Source: Candidatus Butyricicoccus stercorigallinarum
Lineage (GTDB): Bacteria; Bacillota; Clostridia; Oscillospirales; Butyricicoccaceae
NCBI GenBank assembly: GCA_019112985.1
Contig: DXIG01000120.1
Location: forward strand, 4,971 to 68,970
Direction: 5' to 3'
Length of the DNA stretch: 64,000 nt
Below the pieces are notes generated by a model. The model ran no database searches and was not told the DNA's origin. It was given only the letters and a program-made list of their open reading frames with translations. A program made the translations under genes and the position numbers. How positions within the stretch are numbered: position 1 is the first letter of the stretch; every line of letters starts with the position of its first letter. Shown here one piece after another: positions 57,908-64,000 of this stretch.

Positions 57908-58420
57908 ATGCGCATCAGCAGAGATGGGGCGGAATGGGGCGAGATGACCGTCCGGGAGGACGGGCAGAAGGTGCACTTCCGCGCGCGCGGCGCGCCGCCG
58001 CAGTACGGCGAGATTCTGCGCGTCTGGGGCATGCGCGACGGGGCGCAGCCGCTGCTCATCGGCGTGGCGGAGCCGGAGGACGGCGCGTTGACCGTCGCGC
58101 GCACAATGAGCCGGCAGTATCTCGCCTCGCTGGGCTATGCGCAGCTGCCGGAGCGCTATATTGCCGGTGTGCGGGCGTCTGAAGCGCAGGCCAGGGAGGA
58201 CGACGCGGAGGACGCGGCCGACCCGCTGGTGCGGCGGGCGATGCGGGACGAGGCGGTGCGTGTGCGCCGCGAGGCGGAGCGGGAAATTCTGTCGTGTGCC
58301 TTTCAGAAGGACCGCGCGTTTCCGCTGGCGTTTGCCTGCTGCTGCTGTACGGTGCGCGACGGGCGGGCGCAGCTGATCTGGGACAGACAAAAGGGCTGCC
58401 CGGTGTGGACAGCCCCGTAA
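57908..58420 (+). CDS. Hypothetical protein (170 aa, acidic central segment, Cys-rich tail)
   Basis: ATG after GGAAAGGAG. No recognised family. EAQAREDDAEDAADP acidic tract and a FACCCCTV motif. Confidence 0.5.
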   Translation: MRISRDGAEWGEMTVREDGQKVHFRARGAPPQYGEILRVWGMRDGAQPLLIGVAEPEDGALTVARTMSRQYLASLGYAQLPERYIAGVRASEAQAREDDAEDAADPLVRRAMRDEAVRVRREAEREILSCAFQKDRAFPLAFACCCCTVRDGRAQLIWDRQKGCPVWTAP

Positions 58421-58433
58421 TGGTCTATTGATG

Positions 58434-59759
58434 TTATCTGACGATGCGCTTGGATTCCATATAGTAGCGCTTTTCGTGCGCCTCGCCCATGGAGAAGGTC
58501 TTGCGCGGCAGCACACCGTCGAGAATGACGCCGCGGAACAGGTCGTTCTTTTCGATGTCCGGCAGGAAAAAGCCCATATTGCCTGCCGCGCAGCCGAGCG
58601 AGCGCACGATGTCCGCGCCGTGGATGTAGTCCAGCTTCGCCTCCGGGCGCTGCGCCAGGTAGTCGTCGAGGAAGGCCTGAAGCGTGGCGAGCGGGATGCC
58701 CCAGCGGGGCTGTTTGACGGTCAGCAGGCCGGTGCGCGCGCCGAAGCAGAAGCCGACCGTGTGCGCGCCTTCCTGCTGCTGCGGCAGCGGGTACGGCAGC
58801 GCGTCGGCAAACGCGACCTCACAGGTGCTGCCGTTTGCGGCGTAAAACGCCTGCGCGGCGGCGAGCAGGTCTTCGGCGTCCACGTGGAACATGACGCGGT
58901 GAATCGGCTCGATGAGCAGGCTCTCGTCGTGGATGTTGACGATTTCGCACAGCGCAAAGCGCGCTGGATGCGTGGCCTGCTCCTCCGGGGACAGGTCCTT
59001 TTTGATGTCCTCCCAATACGCCTTCGCCGTCGCCATGGAGTGGTTGCCGTCGCCGACCGCGAACGGCAGCAGCGGCAGGTCTTCGGTCAGGCGGTATTTT
59101 TGATTGAACGCTTCGCGGTCGCTGAGCGCCTCCATCGCGGCGATCAGGCGGTCGGTCAGTTCACCCTCCGGGATGAACCAGCCGTTGATATGTCCGCCGT
59201 TCTGCATCAGGTCAGTGCTGTACAGCTGCTCAAGCTGCGCGGTCTGCGCGAACATCGGCTCGATGACCGTGCGGTTGGGATCGTCGATGAGCAGCATGAT
59301 GTGCGGCACCTCGACGGAGGCGTTCCGGCGGATGTCCAGACGCGGCGGGATGCGCTCGACAATCGTCTTTTCCGTCGGGCGGACAAGCGAACGGAGACCG
59401 GCGGCGTATTCGTAGCATTCGAGGTCGATGGCAGCCACAAGGCCGCGGCGCGGCGCGGCGCCGCCGGAATAGCGTTCGGTCAGGACAAAGCCCGCCGGAA
59501 GCTCGGTCAGCACGCCGTCGGCGAGATACTGCTGCATGGTGCGGTTGATCGCGTCGGTGCGCGCCGCGACATCGCCCTGCTCCAGAAAGACCTCCGGAAG
59601 CGTGATGCGCAGCGTGGACGGCGCATCGCCGACAATGCGGTCGGTTTCCTCCCAGTAGTCCGGCTGCGAGGTGTATTGATCGCAGGCGATAACCGCCCAT
59701 TTATACAGGTCCGTGCCTTGTTTCGGCATCAGAATTTTCGGTACAGATACACAGGACAT
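58434..59759 (-). CDS. DUF1015 family protein
   Basis: KILMPKQGTDLYKWAVIACDQYTSQ..., DGNHSMATAK pattern. Confidence 0.75.
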   Translation of the reverse strand: MSCVSVPKILMPKQGTDLYKWAVIACDQYTSQPDYWEETDRIVGDAPSTLRITLPEVFLEQGDVAARTDAINRTMQQYLADGVLTELPAGFVLTERYSGGAAPRRGLVAAIDLECYEYAAGLRSLVRPTEKTIVERIPPRLDIRRNASVEVPHIMLLIDDPNRTVIEPMFAQTAQLEQLYSTDLMQNGGHINGWFIPEGELTDRLIAAMEALSDREAFNQKYRLTEDLPLLPFAVGDGNHSMATAKAYWEDIKKDLSPEEQATHPARFALCEIVNIHDESLLIEPIHRVMFHVDAEDLLAAAQAFYAANGSTCEVAFADALPYPLPQQQEGAHTVGFCFGARTGLLTVKQPRWGIPLATLQAFLDDYLAQRPEAKLDYIHGADIVRSLGCAAGNMGFFLPDIEKNDLFRGVILDGVLPRKTFSMGEAHEKRYYMESKRIVR

Positions 59760-59998
59760 GATCGTTCCTCCAGAGCAAAAGAAAAGTCGATGATAATTTT
59801 ATTATAGCGGACAGCGCGCCCGGATTCAAAACAAAACGCGCAATCGGTGCAAAGATTGGCAGAGTGTCTAAAGGACGGGAGAATTTCCCGAACAGTTTGC
59901 AGAAAAGCGACAACGAATGGAGGGAAAACCGAAGGCTGGCGCCGCCGCCCGGCATTGACCGGATAACCAAAAGTTTCTTGCGGTTTCGACAATCTTTT

Positions 59999-60028
59999 TG
60001 CATAAGAAAATCCGTTCTCCATACACTA
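59999..60028 (+). promoter_or_regulatory. Possible forespore (SigG/SigF-type) promoter of the SASP gene
   Basis: TGCATAA ... CATACACTA resembles the GHATR / CATxxTA boxes. Spacing not verified against the consensus. Confidence 0.4.
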
Positions 60029-60069
60029 TTAGCACAGAGGACGGACGGGAAACAAAGGAGAGCGTAACA

Positions 60070-60267
60070 ATGAACCGAAACTCGAATAAACTGACTGTAC
60101 CGGAAGCCAAGGCCGCGATGGAGCGCTTCAAGATGGAAGCCGCGAGTGAAGTCGGCGTCAACCTGAAGGACGGCTACAACGGCGATCTGACCTCCCGCCA
60201 GGCGGGCTCGGTCGGCGGCCAGATGGTCAAGAAGATGGTAGAGGCCTACGAGAACAGCATCAAGTAA
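60070..60267 (+). CDS. Alpha/beta-type small acid-soluble spore protein
   Basis: KMEAASEVGVNL...GDLTSRQAGSVGGQMVKKMVE are the two conserved SASP blocks. Confidence 0.92.
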   Translation: MNRNSNKLTVPEAKAAMERFKMEAASEVGVNLKDGYNGDLTSRQAGSVGGQMVKKMVEAYENSIK

Positions 60268-60276
60268 ACCAATTGG

Positions 60277-60317
60277 CAAAAAGGGGACAGGCGCCGGGAT
60301 TGGCGCCTGTCCTTTTG
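60277..60317. terminator. Bidirectional terminator
   Basis: GGACAGGCGCC...GGCGCCTGTCC flanked by AAAAA and TTTT. Confidence 0.8.
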
Positions 60318-60367
60318 CAGTGCGATGCGTTGGGGGAATGCTGCCGGATGGCCGGTATGCCGCGCGG

Positions 60368-61741
60368 TCAGGCCGGCGAGGCGAATGCGCGGTACAAAAA
60401 CGTCACAATCTCCGCCCGCGAGCAGATCTGGTCGGGAGAGAACGTGTCCTGGCCGGTGCCCGCTGTGATGCCCTGCTCGGCCGCCCAGCGCACGGCGGTG
60501 TAGCAGTAATCGGACGGCGCGACGTCGGCAAAGGTGGGGGCGTCCTCGCCGGGCTGCGGCGCACCTGCCGCTTTCCACAAAAAGACCGCACACTGTGCGC
60601 GCGTGCACGCGGCGTTGGGCGAAAAGGTTGTCTCGGAGGTTCCGGCTGTGATTTGGTTTTCCACTGCCCAGCGCACGGCAGTTTCATACCATGCGTCCGC
60701 CGCGACGTCGGTGAATGCCGTCTGTTGGCTCTCCGGCTCCGGCTTTCCAGCGGCGCTCCAGAGGAAGCTGACAATCTGTGCCCGGTTGCAGGCGTTGGCA
60801 GGGGAGAAGGTGGTGGAGGAGGTGCCGCTCGTGATCCCGTTCTCGAACGCCCAGACCACGGGGTCGTAGTAATAGTCCTCGAGATAGACGTCGGTGAACG
60901 GCGCATCGCCGACCGCCGCCGCCGAGTGGCTCGTCAGCTTCAGCCCGTAGGCTTTGGCAATGGCCTGCGCGTCGGCGACGCCCAGCGCCTCCAGCTTGTC
61001 GTCGGTGGAGAGGAAATTGATATAGTCGTCATAATTGCTCAAAAAGGCGTGTTCGACGATCATGCTGGGGATGTTTTTCAGCGTGGCATTGCGGACAATG
61101 CTGTAATAATCCGCCGCGGAGCCGTCCGGATAGCTCTTGCTCGTGCTGTCCCTTTGCAGGTAACCGTTGTTGATGATCCCCAGCTCGGACAGATTGTCCA
61201 GAATGTTGCCGGCTACTTTTTCAGAAACGGGCAGAAGCTCCGGCCGGTAGTTCCCGTTTGGCAGGATGACCAGCGCGCCGATGGCCGTGGGCGAAGGGTC
61301 GTCTTCGTCCGCCTGGACATTGTTGTGCAGGCTGACCATCAGATCGGACTGGACGGAATCCGCATAGACGACGCGGTCGGAGAGCGCAAGCGCGGTGTCG
61401 TCCTCCCGCGTCAGATAGACCGTGACGCCGTCGTACTGCTCCAGCTCCCGCTTGCAGGCCAGCGCGATTTTCAGGTTCAGGTCTTTTTCGTCGACCGTCA
61501 GGCCGTCCCACTCGTAGGATGCGCCGGAGTCCTCGCCGCCGTGGCCGGGATCCAGCGTGACGATCAGATTGCCGTCGCTGCCGAAGGATTCCTGCCTGCT
61601 GCCCGCCTCCACTTCCTTCGGTGCAAGGCTCACGTCTTCCTCTCCCTCCATGTAGTGCCCGGCGGCGGAAGCCGGGTGCGGGATGCCGCCCAGCAACAGA
61701 CAGGCGGAGAGGAATACACTCATACATTTTCTCTTTTTCAT
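60368..61741 (-). CDS. N-acetylmuramoyl-L-alanine amidase (Amidase_3) with three C-terminal SLH-like repeats
   Basis: Signal peptide. LDPGHGGEDSG, SLHNN and VEHAFLSN. Three repeats of about 60 aa, FTDV...W...GITxGTxxTTFSP...RAQ. Confidence 0.85.
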   Translation of the reverse strand: MKKRKCMSVFLSACLLLGGIPHPASAAGHYMEGEEDVSLAPKEVEAGSRQESFGSDGNLIVTLDPGHGGEDSGASYEWDGLTVDEKDLNLKIALACKRELEQYDGVTVYLTREDDTALALSDRVVYADSVQSDLMVSLHNNVQADEDDPSPTAIGALVILPNGNYRPELLPVSEKVAGNILDNLSELGIINNGYLQRDSTSKSYPDGSAADYYSIVRNATLKNIPSMIVEHAFLSNYDDYINFLSTDDKLEALGVADAQAIAKAYGLKLTSHSAAAVGDAPFTDVYLEDYYYDPVVWAFENGITSGTSSTTFSPANACNRAQIVSFLWSAAGKPEPESQQTAFTDVAADAWYETAVRWAVENQITAGTSETTFSPNAACTRAQCAVFLWKAAGAPQPGEDAPTFADVAPSDYCYTAVRWAAEQGITAGTGQDTFSPDQICSRAEIVTFLYRAFASPA

Positions 61742-61886
61742 TGCAAAACTGCTGATTACATCAGCGCCTCCCTTCCGGATTCCTTTCTTCTTTGCTGTAA
61801 TAAAGCACTTGTTTAGTTTATTTCATTTTGCGCATGATGTCAATAGCGGGGCGCAGAGGTGGCGGGCAGACTCTACGATGCGTTTG

Positions 61887-61915
61887 TTGCATGTGGGCAG
61901 AAGATCCGGTATGAT
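61887..61915 (+). promoter_or_regulatory. SigA-type promoter of the HTH-Dfx gene
   Basis: TTGCAT, 17-nt spacer, TATGAT. Confidence 0.65.
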
Positions 61916-61932
61916 AGACGGGAGGTGAGAAC

Positions 61933-62529
61933 ATGGACGTCAGAAAAACCGGCAGCCTGATCGCAGCGCTGCGCAGAGAACAGAACATGACGCAGAAGGA
62001 GCTGGCGCAGCTGCTGTGCCTAAGCGACCGCACGGTGTCCAAATGGGAGCGCGGCGCGGGCGCGCCGGACGTCTCGCTGTGGAGCGATCTGTCAGAGATT
62101 CTGGGCATTTCGGTGCGCGATCTGCTCGCCGGGGAACGGACCATCAACCCAAAGGATGGAGGAAATATGAAACGTACCAAATTTTATGTCTGCCCGCACT
62201 GCGGCAACATTCTGACCGCGTCATCTGCGGCGCAGCTGACCTGCTGCGGCGCGCCGCTTTCGCCGCTGGAGGCCAAGCCGGAGGACAGCGCGCACACCAT
62301 TTCCGTGGAGACGATGGACGGCGAATACTATGTCAGCATGCAGCACGAGATGAGTAAAGCGCACTACATCTCGTTTTTCGCCTGCCTGACGGGGGACAAG
62401 CTGTATCTCAACCGGCTGTATCCGGAAGGGGATGCAGCGGCGCGGTTTCCCAGAATCGGTATGGGGACACTGTACGCCTACTGCACAGACGGCGGTCTGT
62501 ACCGCAAATATATCCGCAGAGCACGATAA
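61933..62529 (+). CDS. XRE-family HTH regulator fused to a desulfoferrodoxin-like (desulforedoxin + SOR-like) domain
   Basis: N-terminus: MTQKELAQLLCLSDRTVSKWERG. Then YVCPHCGNIL...CCGAPL (Cx2C...CC) and a HTISVE...HEMSKAHYISF...YCTDGG segment that aligns with Dfx centre II. Confidence 0.7.
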   Translation: MDVRKTGSLIAALRREQNMTQKELAQLLCLSDRTVSKWERGAGAPDVSLWSDLSEILGISVRDLLAGERTINPKDGGNMKRTKFYVCPHCGNILTASSAAQLTCCGAPLSPLEAKPEDSAHTISVETMDGEYYVSMQHEMSKAHYISFFACLTGDKLYLNRLYPEGDAAARFPRIGMGTLYAYCTDGGLYRKYIRRAR

Positions 62530-62668
62530 CAGCCAATCCCCCGGACGGCGATCCGGGGGATTGCAGCGCGGCCAAACTGACAAGACCGCCCGGGCAGGCG
62601 CCCAGGCGGTCTTTTTGTCGATCCTATCTGAAATGGACGCGCTTTTGCGCACGGCTGCGGAGGGCGCG

Positions 62669-63430
62669 TTATTTTGCGGCGATGACGTCGGACATGTCGT
62701 ACATGCCGGGCTGGGTCTGCGCGCCGAGGTAGGCGGCCGCGTCGACCGCGCCGACGGCGAACACCTCGCGCGACAGCGCGACGTGGCGGATCTCAATCAG
62801 CTCGTCGCGGCCGGCGAACAGCACCTCGTGCTCGCCGACGATGGTGCCGCCGCGCACCGTGTGGATGCCGATTTCGTGCGCCGGGCGCTTCATGCGGCGC
62901 TCGTGCCGGTCGTAGACATATTCGGCGTCGTAGGGGAGCGCCTCGCTGACCGCGTCCGCGAGCATCAGCGCCGTGCCGGACGGGGCGTCCAGCTTCTGGT
63001 TGTGGTGCTTTTCGGTGATCTCCACGTCGTAGCCGTCGCCGAGCACGGAGGCGGCCTTGCGCAGCAGATCCATCATCAGGTTGATGCCGATGGACATGTT
63101 GCCCGAACGGAAGACCGGGATTTTCGCGGAGGCAGCGCGCATCGCGGCCAGCTGCTCCTTGCTGTGGCCGGTGGTGCAGATGACGACCGGCGTTTTGGTC
63201 TTCGTGCAGTAGTCGAGCAGCGTTTCCAGCGAATTGGCGTTGGAAAAGTCAATGACGACATCGCATGCGCCGGCGTACTCGTGCGGGTCGGCGTAAACCG
63301 GGTAGTCCGACAGCTTTTCCGCGTAGGCGTCAAAGCCCGCGACGATTTTCATGTTTTCCTTTTTGGAGACAATGTCGGTGATGACCTTGCCCATGCGGCC
63401 GTTGCAGCCGCAAAGTCCGATTTTCAACAT
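62669..63430 (-). CDS. dapB: 4-hydroxy-tetrahydrodipicolinate reductase
   Basis: MLKIGLCGCNGRMG, EITEKHHNQKLDAPSGTA. Confidence 0.95.
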   Translation of the reverse strand: MLKIGLCGCNGRMGKVITDIVSKKENMKIVAGFDAYAEKLSDYPVYADPHEYAGACDVVIDFSNANSLETLLDYCTKTKTPVVICTTGHSKEQLAAMRAASAKIPVFRSGNMSIGINLMMDLLRKAASVLGDGYDVEITEKHHNQKLDAPSGTALMLADAVSEALPYDAEYVYDRHERRMKRPAHEIGIHTVRGGTIVGEHEVLFAGRDELIEIRHVALSREVFAVGAVDAAAYLGAQTQPGMYDMSDVIAAK

Positions 63431-63443
63431 CTGTCTGTTCTCC

Positions 63444-64000
63444 TCACTCCGCCAGCTTGAGACCGGCGGCGGTCATGGCGGCCTTGAGCTGCGCCACGTG
63501 CGCCTCAGTCATGTCACACAGCGGCATGCGCAGCTCGCCGACATCCCAGCCGAGGAAGCGCATCGCCATCTTGACCGGAATCGGGTTCACTTCGAGGAAC
63601 AGCGCGTTGATGAGCTCGAGATAGCGGAGCTGCAGCTCGCGCGCCGCCGCGTAGTCGCCGTCGAGGCATTTTTGCGCGATGGCGTGCGCCGCATCCGGCG
63701 CGACGTTGGCGAACACGGAGATGACGCCCTTGCCGCCCATCGCCATCAGCGGAACGATCATGTCGTCGTTGCCCGACCAGAAGTTCAGCTCATCGCCGCA
63801 CAGGCGCATGGCCTCCGCCAGCAGGGAGAAGTCGCCGGAGGCTTCCTTTGCGCCGTTGATGTTCGGGTGCTTGGACAGTTCATAGTAGGTTTCCGGCTTG
63901 ATGGTCATGCCGGTGCGGCTCGGCACGTTGTAGACGACGATCGGCGTCGGCGTCGCGTCCGCCAGCGCATAGAAATGCTTGACCAGACCCTGCTGCGTCG
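63444..64000 (-). CDS. dapA: 4-hydroxy-tetrahydrodipicolinate synthase, C-terminal part (5' end outside window)
   Basis: The frame stays open to the window edge. VVYNVPSRTG, NINGAKEASGD. Confidence 0.92.
   Translation of the reverse strand, partial: TQQGLVKHFYALADATPTPIVVYNVPSRTGMTIKPETYYELSKHPNINGAKEASGDFSLLAEAMRLCGDELNFWSGNDDMIVPLMAMGGKGVISVFANVAPDAAHAIAQKCLDGDYAAARELQLRYLELINALFLEVNPIPVKMAMRFLGWDVGELRMPLCDMTEAHVAQLKAAMTAAGLKLAE

Overview
GC-rich chromosomal segment, probably from a spore-forming Clostridia lineage (possibly Oscillospiraceae-like; taxonomy is an inference from gene content). The high GC produces many long Arg/Ala/Gly-rich shadow ORFs in the six-frame track. Most of the window is conserved core genome. 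It holds the spoIIAB-sigF end of the spoIIA operon, trmD-rimM-KH-rpsP-ffh-ylxM, an M16 peptidase pair, lgt, folD, rplU-prp-rpmA-obg, tmcAL, ackA, ispE, spoIIR, trpS, hemB, an aconitase, purC, acpS-nnrD-lipoprotein-alr-mazF, a SASP gene, dapB-dapA, a butyryl-CoA:acetate CoA-transferase-like gene, and two stand-alone tRNAs (Ala-GGC, Pro-CGG). I found no rRNA, CRISPR array or intact mobile element. These items deserve a second look: (1) a gene-free gap of about 1.1 kb after sigF that holds two paralogous structured elements with compensatory hairpin changes, which are candidate unclassified ncRNAs or cis-regulators. (2) A heteromeric HcnABC/opine/D-hydroxyproline-dehydrogenase-like flavoprotein operon whose small 2Fe-2S subunit is 5'-truncated and sits 5 nt from the start codon of a divergent membrane-protein gene. 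A permease, Fe-ADH and ornithine-cyclodeaminase-family operon follows it. (3) An EndoA/MazF toxin ortholog in the conserved acpS-lipoprotein-alr context with no room for the usual upstream antitoxin. (4) An XRE HTH regulator fused to a desulfoferrodoxin-like domain that has a degenerate centre II. (5) A DUF2325-flavodoxin operon leader with twin TTAGC-N4-GCTAA palindromes flanking a terminator-like hairpin. (6) An integrase C-terminal relic next to tRNA-Ala. All family assignments come from motif recognition by eye. No database search was run.
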